Below the pieces are notes generated by a model, which saw nothing but the letters and a program-made list of their open reading frames with translations, made no database searches and was not told where the DNA came from. From assembly GCA_002269645.1 (NCBI GenBank), contig NIVC01003411.1:35333-99332 (forward strand): 64,000 nt of DNA, written 5' to 3'. Within the stretch, counting starts at the first letter, position 1. Each line of letters starts with the position of its first letter. Position numbers and translations under genes: made by a program. This stretch comes from Macrostomum lignano (taxonomy: Eukaryota). Shown piece by piece: positions 52,840 to 64,000 of the stretch.

Positions 52840-54200
52840 AACATAGAAGAGCCACCATGTCGAACATAAAAGAGCTAACATATCGAATATTAAAGAGCCA
52901 CCATGTCAAACCTAAACGAGCCACCATGTCTAATATTTAAGAGGCACCATATAAAACATATAAGTGACTTTATGTCAAACATAAAAGAGCCACCATTTCT
53001 AACATTAAACAGCCACCATTTCGAACATTAAAGAGCCACCATGTCGAAAATAAAAGAGTCACTATTTCGAACATCAAAGAGCCACTATGTCAAACATTTA
53101 GGAGCCACTTTTTCGAACATTAAAGAGCCACCATGTCAAACATAAAAGAGCCAACATGTCAAACATAAAAGAGCCAACATGTCAAACATAAAGAGCCACC
53201 ATGTCAAACATTTAAGAGCCACCATGTCAAACATATATGTGACTTTGTGTTAAACATTAAAGAGCCACCATTTCGAACATTAAAGAGCCACCATGTCAAA
53301 CATGAAAGAGCTATAACATGAAGAATATTAAAGAGCCACCATGTCGAACATAAAAGAGCTGCCATGTAAAATAACGAAGAGCTACCAAGTTAAACATAAA
53401 AGAGCCACCATGTAAAACATTAAAGAGCCACCATGTGAAACATTAAAGAGCCACATTGTCAAACCTAGAAGAGCCACCATGTCGAACATAACAGAGCCAC
53501 CATGTCAAACATTTAAGAGCCACCATGTCAAACCTAAAAGAGCCACCATGTCAAACCTAAAAGAGCCACCATGTCGAACATAAAAGAGCCACCATGTCAA
53601 ACCTAAAAGAGCCACCATGTCGAACATAAAAGAGCTATACCATGAAAAAAATTAAAGAGCCACTATCTCGAACATTAAAGAGCCACCATGTCAAACATTT
53701 AAGAGCCACCATGTCAAACATTTAAGAGCCACCATGTCAAACCTAAAAGAGCCACCATGTCAAACCTAAAAGAGCCACCATGTCAAACCTAAAAGAGCCA
53801 CCATGTCGAACATAAAAGAGCTATACCATGAAAAACATTAAAGAGCCACTTTCTCGAACATTAAGGAGCCACCATGTCAAACATTTAAAAGCCACCTTGT
53901 CAAACATTAAATAGCCACTTTGTCGAACATTAAAGAGTCACTGTGTCAAACATAAAAGAGCCACTGTTTCAAACATAAAAGAGCCACCAGGTTAAACATT
54001 AAAGAGCCACCATGTCAAACAATAAAGAGGCACCATGTCAAACATAAAAGAGCCACCATGTCTGACATTAAAAAGCCATCGTTTCAAACATAAAACAGTT
54101 GCCATGTAGAACTTAAAACAGCCACCATGTCAAACATAAAATTTACACAATTTCAAACATAAAAGTAAGCGAATTTTAAAGGAGCCACTATAATGCTAAG
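52840..54200. repeat. 22-23-bp satellite (AAAGAGCCACCATGTCAAACAT) in unit 1
   Basis: Direct. Confidence 0.95.
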
Positions 54201-54234
54201 GAAATTATCGCACTAGCTACTTATTGTCTGGTGG

Positions 54235-54660
54235 ATGCTTGCTATTTGGGGATGCTATCTATGTAGGGGATGCTTGCTATCTGGCGGATGCTTGCTATCT
54301 GGGGGATGCTTGCTATCTGGGGGATGCTTGCTATCTGGGGGTTGCTTGTAATCTGGAAGATGCCTGCTATCTGGCGGATGCTTGCTATCTGGGGGATGCT
54401 TGCTATCTGGGGGATGCTTGCTATCTGGGGGATGCTTGCTATCTGGGGGATGCTTGCTATCTGGGGGTTGCTTGTAATCTGGAAGATGCTTGCTATCTGG
54501 CGGATGCTTGCTATCTGGAAGATGCTTGCTATCTGGCGGATGCTTGCTATCTGGGGGATGCTTGCTATCTGGGGGATGCTTGCTATCTGGGGGATGCTTG
54601 CTATCTGGGGGTTGCTTGTAATCTGGAAGATGCTTGCTATCTGGGGGATGCTTGCTGTCT
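54235..54660. repeat. 18-bp minisatellite (TGCTTGCTATCTGGGGGA)
   Basis: Direct; partial second copy at about 62365-62459. Confidence 0.95.
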
Positions 54661-55344
54661 TGGGATGATTTCTTTTTGCTTCCTTTGAGTATTTTGTCTG
54701 TTTTTTTTTGTGAAGGCCTTTTTTGGCTATCTTTTTGTTACTTGTAGAGAACAGAGGTTCTATACAGATGTCCCCCAACGGGGGGCGAAGATTGCTAGTC
54801 CTATATACTAAAAATGAAAATCTTGTTTGTGCGCAATCGATTTTAGCAAAAATGGCTCATCCGATTTTGTTCAAACTTGCACCATTCGATCAGAAATTTT
54901 TCCGTGACAGTACATGTATCTTGGCTAAGAAATTGCTAAATGCTAAAGGCATTAAATATTCGAAAAACATGCTTTTTCGCAAAGGTCAAGCAAACTTTTC
55001 GACTTGAAATGCATTTTAAGAATGCTAGAGAAAAAACTGACTGGTTGAATTCTGATTCTGAAATAGATTGCATCATAACTGAATTGTAAATCCGACTTGA
55101 ATTGCGTCACAGTATTGAAAATGCAGTGTGGAAGCGTAGCACCAGACTTGATTTAGATTGCGTAACCATATTGTTAACTGATACTGACTGACTGAGAAAT
55201 TGATTGTGTCATAACTGCATCGTGTGATTTACTCTATGCTTGGAGTAAACAGACTGAACTGCTAAATGCAGTGACGATGGTTCGAATTTTGAAAGAGTGG
55301 AGTTTTTTAATTAAAGCTTTTTAACGCCAAGAAAACTAAGAAAT

Positions 55345-57560
55345 CATGGAAGCGTCATGTAAAAAATCATAAAAGCGTCATGTAAAAAATCATAGAAGCG
55401 TCATGTAAAAAATCTTAGAAGCGTCATGTAAAAAATCATAGAAGCGTCATGTGAAAATCATAGAAGCGTCATGTAAAAAATCTTAGAAGCGTCATGTAAA
55501 AAATCATAGAAGCGTCATGTGAAAATCATAGAAGCGTCATGAAAAAAATAATGGAAGCGTCATGTAAAAAATCATAAAAGCGTCATGTAAAAAATCATAG
55601 AAGCGTCATGTAAAAAGCATAGAAGCGTCGTATAAACAATCATAGAAACGTCGTATAAACAAACATAGAAGCGTCATATAAACAATCATGGAAGCGTCAT
55701 GTAAACAATCATAGAAGCGTCATGTAAACAATCATAGAAGCGTCATATAAGAAGCATATAAGCGTCATATAAACAATCATAGTAGCGTCATATAAAAAAT
55801 CATAGAAGCGTCATGTAAAAAATCTTAGAAGCGTCATGTAAAAAATCATAGAAGCGTCATGTGAAAGTCATAGAAGCGTCATGTAAAAAATCTTAGAAGC
55901 GTCATGTAAAAAATCATAGAAGCGTCATGTGAAAATCATAGAAGCGTCATGAAAAAAATAATGGAAGCGTCATGTAAAAAATCATAAAAGCGTCATGTAA
56001 AAAATCATAGAAGCGTCATGTAAAAAGCATAGAAGCGTCATGTAAAAATCATAGAAGCGTCGTATAAACAATCATAGAAACGTCGTGTAAACAATCATAG
56101 AAGCGTCATATAAACAATCATGGAAGCGTCATGTAAACAATCATAGAAGCGTCATGTAAACAATCATAGAAGCGTCATATAAGAAGCATATAAGCATCAT
56201 ATAAACAATCATAGAAGCGTCATATAAAAAATCATAGAAGCGTAATGTAAAAAATCATAGAAGCGTCATGAAAAAATCATAGAAGCGTCATGTAAACAAT
56301 CATCGAAGCGTCATGTAAAAAGCATAGAAGCGTCAGGTGAAAATCGTAGAAGCGTCATGTAAACAATCATAGAAGCGTCATCTAAAAAGTCATAGAAGCG
56401 TCATGTAAAAAATCATAGAAGCGTCATCTAAAAAATCCTAGAAGCGTCATGTAAACAATCAAAGAAGCGTCATGAAACAATCATAGAAGCGTCATGTAAA
56501 CAATCAAAGAAGCGTCATGAAACAATCATAGAAGCGTCATATAAACAATCAAAGAAGCGTCATGTAAAAAAATAATAAAAGCGTCATGTAAAAAGCATAG
56601 AAGCGTCATATAAACAATCATAGAAGCGTCATGTAAACAATCATAGAAGCGTCATATAAGAAGCATATAAGCGTCATATAAACAATCATAGAAGCGTCAT
56701 ATAAAAAATCATAGAAGCGTAATGTAAAAAATCATAGAAGCGTCATGAAAAAATCATAGAAGCGTCATGTAAACAATCATCGAAGCGTCATCTAAAAATC
56801 ATAGTAGCGTCATGTAAAAAATCAAAGAAGCGTCATGTAAAAATCATAGAAGCGTCATGTAAAAATCATAGAAGCGTCGTATAAACAATCATAGAAGCGT
56901 CATATAAACAATCATAAAAGCGTCATGTAAACAATCATAGAAGCATCATGTAAACAATCATAGAAGCGTCATGTAAAAAATCATAAAAGCGTCATGTAAA
57001 AAATCATAGAAGCGTCATGTAAAAAATCATAGAAACGTCATGTGAAAATCATAGAAGCGTCATGTAAAAATCATAGAAGCGTCATGTAAACAATCATAGA
57101 AGCGTCCTGCAGAAATCGTAGAAGCGTCATGAAATAATCATAGAAGCGTCATGTAAAAAGCATAGAAGCGTCATGTAAGCAATCATAGAAGCGTCATGAA
57201 ACAATCATAGAAGCGTCATATAAACAATCATAGAAGCGTCATATAAAAAATCATAGAAGCGTCATGTAAAAATCATAGAAGCGTCATATAAAAAATCATA
57301 GAAGCGTCATGTAAACAATCATAGAAGCGTCATGTAAAAATCATTGAAGCGTCCTGCAGAAATCGTAGAAGCGTCATGAAATAATCATAGAAGCGTCATG
57401 TAAAAAATCATAGAAGCGTCATGTAAAAATCATAGAAGCGTCATGAAAAAATCATAGGAGCCTCATTTAAAAACTAATGAAAGTGTCATTTAAAAAATCA
57501 AGAAGCATCATGGTAGAATAAAAGAAGCGTCATGTCAGACATGAAGGGTGTCATGTAAAA
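55345..57560. repeat. About 23-bp satellite (ATCATAGAAGCGTCATGTAAAAA) in unit 2
   Basis: Direct. Confidence 0.95.
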
Positions 57561-58370
57561 ATTAAATGCAGCTATAATGCTGTGCTGGGGAGAAAAACTG
57601 AGACGTAAAGGCTCTCAGAGAATAACTGAGATTACGGGGGGGGGGGCTTCTGAGATGTCAAAGCAAAAGTCAGAAGCTACTTCAAAGTTCATGTACTTTA
57701 CTCAATTTTTTTATTGCATTATTTGTTGGCTCGCCACGGGGGGCGCTGATAGAAGAAGAGTCATGTAAAAAATAAAAGTAGCACTATGTATACATAAAAT
57801 AAAAGTCATGTCAAAGTTAAAAGATTTATTTGGGGATTGCAACGATGTCAAAGCTTGGTGGAAATGGTTATAGTGTTGTGATTCTTAAAGAAGGAATCAC
57901 TAAAATGTCAAGGCTTAGGGGAGAAGAATTGCTGAGATTTCAAGGCTTTAGGTTGGGTTAAAGTTAGGTTTAGGTCAGGTGTGGGTTGAGGGTTATATTT
58001 TATCGGTTTTCAAGGTTAACAGGGGATTTTTTAGATTTCAAGGTTTTTGGGGGCCATCGCTGACATGTCAAGGCTTACGGGGGGGGAATAGCTGAGATGT
58101 CAAGGCTCACGGGGGTATAAATGAGATTTCGAGGCTAAAGTCAGAAGCTACATGTAGTTTATTGAAAACTTTTTATTACATTATTTGATGCCTCCTCAGG
58201 GGGAGGGATCGCTGATAAAAAAGCGTAATGTAAAAAATAAAAGAAGCTTCATGTCGAAGTTAAGAGATTCATTTGGGAATCCCTACGATGTCGAGGCTTG
58301 CAGGGAATCGCTATAATGCTGTAGTAGTGCTATAATGACTCTTAGAGAGAATTACTGAAATTTCGATGCT

Positions 58371-58444
58371 TTAGGGTTTGGTTAGGGTTAGGGTTAGGGT
58401 TAGGGTTAGGGTTAGGGTTAGGGTTAGGCTAGCGTTAGGGTTAG
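58371..58444 (+). repeat. Interstitial telomeric repeat (TTAGGG)n
   Basis: 7 perfect TTAGGG at 58382-58423 plus degenerate flanking copies. Confidence 0.9.
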
Positions 58445-58667
58445 AAGGTTGACAGATATTTTTATATTTCCAAGGCTTATTGGGGGCATTGCTGAGATGT
58501 CAAGGGGGGGAAGTTGATAAGTTAAAGCTTGTGGGGGGATTACTGACATGTCAAGGCTTACAAGGTTTGACAGGAGATTTTTTAAGATTTCAAGGATACA
58601 TGTAGCTGATTAAAAAAACGTGCATTGCATTTCTTTGGCTCCCCAACGGGGGGGCGTAGATTGCTAG

Positions 58668-61600
58668 TCCTATATACTAAAAATGAGTTGTCTGTATGTG
58701 GGTAGGTATGCGATAGATTTCGGAAAAAATGGCTCAACCGATTTTCTTCAAACTTGCACCATTCGATCAGAAAATTTCCTGGGACGGTACATGCATCTTG
58801 GCTAAGAAATTGCTCAATTTTAAAGGGATTAAATATTCTAAAAACATGCTTTTTTGCAAAGGTCAAGCAAAATTTTCGACTTGAAATGCATTGTAAGAAT
58901 GCTAGAGAAAAAACTGACTGGATGAATTTCAATTGTGATAAAGATTGCATCACAACAAGGTGAAAACAGTGCCACAGAAACGCACACAAGACTTGATTAA
59001 AATTGCGTAACAATATTGCTAACTTAAATTAAGACTGATACTGGCTGACTGAGAAATTCATTATGTCATAAAATTTTACTCTAACCGACTTGCTGTAAGA
59101 ATTGAATTATAAGGGCCACAATTCATGTGCTCCAATTGAAAAAAGATAGCCTAGATGCGAAAAGACTGGACTGCTAATGTAGCGACCTGGGTTCGAATCT
59201 TGGTAGCGCAAAATGATTTTTTTATTAAAACACCTTAAAAACAAAAAACTGCTAAACATAAAAGAAGCGCAATGTCAAACATACAAGAGCCACCATGTCA
59301 AACATAAAAGAGCCACCATTTCGAACAAAAAAAGAGTTACCATTAAGAACATTAAAGAGCCACCATGTCGAACATTAAAGAGCCACCATGTCGAAACATT
59401 AAAGAGCCACCATGTCAAACATAAAACAGACACCATTAAGAACATTAAAGAGCCACCATGTCGAACATTAAAAAACCACCATGTCAAACATTAAAGAGCC
59501 ACCATTTCAAACCTAAAAGAGCCACCATGTCGAACATTAAAGAGCCACCTTATCAAACATTAAAGAGCCACCATGTCGAACATAAAAGATCTACCATGTA
59601 GAACATAAAAGAGTCACCATGTCAAACATTAAAGAGCCACCATGTAAAACATTAAAGAGCCACCATGTCAAACATAAAAGAGCCACCATTTCAAACAAAA
59701 AAGAGTTACCATTAAGAACATTAAAGAGCCACCATGTCGAACATTAAAAAGCCACCATGTCAAACATAAAACAGACACTATTAAGAACATTAAAGAGCCA
59801 CCATGTCGAAACATTAAAGAGCCACCATGCCAAACATAAAAGAGCCACCATATCAAACATTAAAGAGCCACAATGTCAAACATAAAACAGACACCATTAA
59901 GAACATTAAAGAGCCACCATGTCGAAACATTAAAGAGCCACCATGCCAAACATAAAAGAGCCACCATATCAAACATTAAAGAGCCACAATGTCAAAAATT
60001 AAAGAGCCACAATGTCAAACACAAAAGAGCCACCATTTCAAACTTTAAAGAGCCACCATGTCGAACATTAAAGAGCCACCATGTCGAACATAAAAGAGCC
60101 ACCATATCAAACATAATAGAACTACCATGTCAAACATTAAAGAGCCACCATGTCGAACATTAAAGAGCCACCATGTCAAACATAAAACAGACACCATGTC
60201 GAACATTAAAGAGCCACCATGTTAAACATAAAAGAACCACCATATCAAACATTAAAGAGCCACAATGTCAAAAATTAAAGAGCCACCATGTCGAAGATTA
60301 AAGTGCTACCATGTCAAACATAGAAAGCCACCATGTCAAACATTAAAGAGCCACAATGTCAAACACAAAAGAGCCACCATTTCAAACCTTAAAAAGCCAC
60401 CATGTCGAACATTAAAGAGCCACCATGTCGAACATAAAAGAGCCACCATGTCGAACATAAAAGAGCCACCATATCAAACATAAAAGAACTACCATGTCAA
60501 ACATTAAAGAGCCACCATGTCGAACATTAAAGAGCCAACATGTCAAACATAAAACAGACACAAATAAAAACATTAAAGAGCCACCATGTCGAACATTAAA
60601 GAGCCACCATGTCAAACATTAAAGAGCCACCATGTCAAACATAAAACAGAGCCACCATTTCGAAAAGTAAAGAGCCACCATGTCAAACATTAAAGAGCCA
60701 CCATGTCGAACATAAAAGGGCCACCATGTCAAATATTAAAGAGCCACCATGTCAAACATTAAAGAGCCACCATGCCAAACATTAAAGAGCCACCATGCCA
60801 AACAAAAAAGAGCCACCATGTCGAACATAAAAGAGCCACCATGTCAACCATAAAAGAACCACCACGTCAAGCATATACATTACTCCATGTCAAACATAAA
60901 AGAGCCACCATGTCAAACATTAAAGAGCCACCATGCCAAACATTAAAGAGCCACCATGTCAAACATTAAAGAGCCAGCATGTCAAACATAAAAGAGCCAC
61001 CATGTCGAACATTATTGAGCCACCATGTCAGACATTAAAGAGCCACCATGCCAAACATAAAAGAGCCACCATATCAAACATAAAAGAACTACCATGTCAA
61101 ACATTAAAGAGCCACCATGTCGAACATTATTGAGCCACCATGTCGAACATCAAAGAGCCACCATGCCAAACATAAAAGAGCCGCCATGTAAAACATAAAA
61201 AAGCCACCATGTCAACCATAAAAGAACCACCACGTCAAGCATATACATTACTCCATGTCAAACATTAAAGATCCACCATGTCAAACCTAAAAGAGCCACC
61301 ATTTCGAACATATAAGTGACTTTATGTCAAACATTAAAGAGCCACCATGTCAAACATTAAAGAGCCACCATGTAAAACAAAAGAGCCACCATTTCGAACA
61401 TTAAAGAGCCACCATGTCAAACATTTAAGAGCCACCATGTTAAACATAAAAGAGCCACTATGTTGAACATTAAACAGCCATCATGTCAAACCTAAAAGAT
61501 CCACAATTTCGAACACTTAAGAGCCACAATGTAGAATATTAAAGAGCTACCATGTCAAACATTTAAGAGCCACCATGTCAAACATTTAAGAGCCACCACG

Positions 61601-64000
61601 TAAAACATTAAAGAGCCACCATTTGAAACATTAAAGAGTCACCATGTCAAACATTTAAGAGCCACCATGTCAAACATTTAAGAGCCACCATGTCAAACCT
61701 AAAAGAGCCACCATGTCAAACATAAAAGAGCCACCATGTCAAACCTAAAAGAGCCACCATGTCGAACATAAAAGAGCTATACCATGAAAAAAATTAAAGA
61801 GCCACTATCTCGAACATTAAAGAGCCACCATGTCAAACATTTAAGAGCCACCATGTCAAACATTTAAGAGCCACCATGTCAAACCTAAAAGAGCCACCAT
61901 GTCAAACCTAAAAGAGCCACCATGTCAAACTAAAAGAGCCACCATGTCGAACATAAAAGAGCTATACCATGAAAACATTAAAGAGCCACTTTCTCGAACA
62001 TTAAGGAGCCACCATGTCAAACATTTAAAAGCCACCTTGTCAAACATTAAATAGCCACTTTGTCGAACATTAAAGAGTCACTGTGTCAAACATAAAAGAG
62101 CCACTGTTTCAAACATAAAGAGCCACCAGGTTAAACATTAAAGAGCCACCATGTCAAACATAAAGAGCACCATGTCAAACATAAAAGAGCCACCATGTCT
62201 GACATTAAAAAGCCATCGTTCAAACATAAAACAGTTGCCATGTAGAACTTAAAACAGCCACCATGTCAAACATAAAATTTACACAATTTCAAACATAAAG
62301 TAAGCGAATTTTAAAGGAGCCACTATAATGCTAAGGAAATTATCGCACTAGCTACTTATTGTCTGGTGGATGCTTGCTATTGGGGATGCTATCTATGTAG
62401 GGGATGCTTGCTATCTGGCGGATGCTTGCTATCTGGGGGATGCTTGCTATCTGGGGGATTACTCCATGTCAAACATAAAAGAGCACCATGTCAAACATTA
62501 AAGAGCCACCATGCCAAACATAAAGAGCCACCATGTCAAACATAAAGAGCCAGCATGTCAAAATTAAAAGAGCCACCATGTCGAACATTATTGAGCCACC
62601 ATGTCAGACATTAAAAGAGCCACCATGCCAAACATAAAAGAGCCCATATCAAACATAAAAAACTACCATGTCAAACATTAAAAGACCACCATGTCGAACA
62701 TTATTGACTCCATGTCGAACATAAAGAGCCACCATGCCAACATAAAGAGCCGCCATGTAAAAACAAAAAGCCACCATGTCAACCATTAAAAGAACCACCA
62801 CGTTCGCATTATACATTACTCCATGTCAAACATTAAAAGATCCACCATGTCAAACATAAAAAGAGCCACCATGATAAACATAAAGAGCCACCATGTCAAC
62901 ATTAGAGCCACCATGTCCAACATTAAAGAGCCACCATGTCAACATAAAAGAGCCACCATGTCAAAATTAAAGAGCCCATATCAAACATAGAAGAGCCCCA
63001 TGTCAAGCATATATGACCATGTCAAAATTAAAGAGCCACATGTGAACATTAAAAGGAGCCACCATGTCAAAATTAAAGAGTGCCCCCATATCGAACATTA
63101 GAAGAGCACCATGTGGAACATTAAAGAGCCACCATCAAACATAAAGAGCCTACCATATCAAACATTAAAAAACTACCATGTCAAACATTAAAGTGCCACC
63201 ATGTTGAACATTATTGAGCCACCATGTGCAGAATAAAGAGCACATGCCAAACATAAAAGAGCCACCATATCAAACATAAAAAACTACCATGTCAAACATA
63301 AAAGAACCACCATGTCGAACATTATTGAGCCACCATGTCGAACATTCAAAGATCCACCATGCCAACATAAAGAGCCGCCATGTCAAACATAAAAAAGCCA
63401 CCTGTCAACCATAAAAAACCACCACGTCAAGCATATACATTACTCCATGTCAAACATTAAAGATCCACCATGCCAAACATAAAGAGCGCCATGTCAAAAT
63501 AAAAGCCACCTCAACCATAAAAAAGCCACCACGTCATAACATTACACCATGTGAACATTAAAAGAGCACCATGCCAAACATTAAAGAGCACCATGTCAAA
63601 ACTAAAAGAGCCACCATGTTAACATAAAAGAGCCCCATGTCAAAATTTAGAGCCACCATGTTGAAACATAAAAGAGCCACTTCAAACATTAAAGAGCCAC
63701 CATGTCAACATTAAAGAGCCACCATGTCGAACATTAAAAGCCACCATGTCAAACATTAAAGAGCCACCATGTCAAACATAACAGAGCCACCATTTCGAAA
63801 ATTTAAAGAGCCACCATGTCAAAATTAAAGAGCCACCATGTCGAACATAAAAGGGCCACCATGTCAAAATATTAAAGAGCACCATGTCAAACATTAAAGA
63901 GCCACCATGCCAAACATTAATAGAGCCATACCATGCCAAACAAAAGAGCCACCATGTCAAACATTAAAGAGCCACCATGTCAACCATAAAAGAACCACCA
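58668..64000 (+). mobile_element. Non-autonomous Helitron-like unit 3 (3' end not in window)
   Basis: TCCTATATACTAAAAATG start and the same 5' module as units 1 and 2. Confidence 0.7.
59270..64000. repeat. 22-23-bp satellite (AAAGAGCCACCATGTCAAACAT) in unit 3
   Basis: Direct; indel-rich after about 62460. Confidence 0.95.

Larger units (their letters stand above)
52236..54798 (+). mobile_element. Non-autonomous Helitron-like unit 1
   Basis: Starts A|TCCTATATACTAAAAATG, has acggcttaaccgattttcttcaaactt, ends in hairpin CCCCCAACGGGGG followed by CTAG. Confidence 0.75.
54799..58667 (+). mobile_element. Non-autonomous Helitron-like unit 2 (head-to-tail with units 1 and 3)
   Basis: CTAG|TCCTATATACT junctions at 54798/54799 and 58667/58668; shares an about 550-bp 5' module; 3' hairpin CCCCAACGGGG plus CTAG. 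Confidence 0.75.

Noticed and set aside
54224-54778. DACYLG / QIASIP repeat ORFs
   Set aside because: 18-bp minisatellite inside a Helitron-like unit.

Overview
Eukaryotic (animal, probably invertebrate) genomic DNA: GC-rich spliced exons separated by AT-rich introns packed with mini/microsatellites and transposon remnants. The style recalls free-living flatworm assemblies, but that is a guess. I reconstructed five genes by hand from GT/GC-AG junctions and codon phase. Four are on the minus strand: a Rab39-like GTPase (runs off the left edge), a 3-exon coiled-coil/RING-H2 E3 ligase, Rab3 and a CLK/LAMMER kinase. The fifth is a plus-strand mosaic extracellular protein (at least 21 exons, about 1,400 codons) with C-type lectin, kringle-like, F5/8-discoidin and fucolectin-like modules. 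The standout is Rab3: three tandem, homologous, phase-compatible versions of its third coding exon (10800-10927, 10225-10349, 8909-9033). Only one fits the frame at a time, which points to mutually exclusive splicing that swaps the alpha3/beta5 effector-specificity loop. The ORF track misses most of this. Mobile DNA includes hAT-type elements with exact 8-bp TSDs, a foldback element, decayed mariner, LINE and Gypsy fragments, an RTE-like reverse transcriptase, a tRNA-derived SINE family and a head-to-tail array of Helitron-like units carrying different satellites (52.2-64 kb). Nearly all long ORFs in the track beyond 33 kb are repeat artefacts. Repeat boundaries and copy numbers are estimates by eye.
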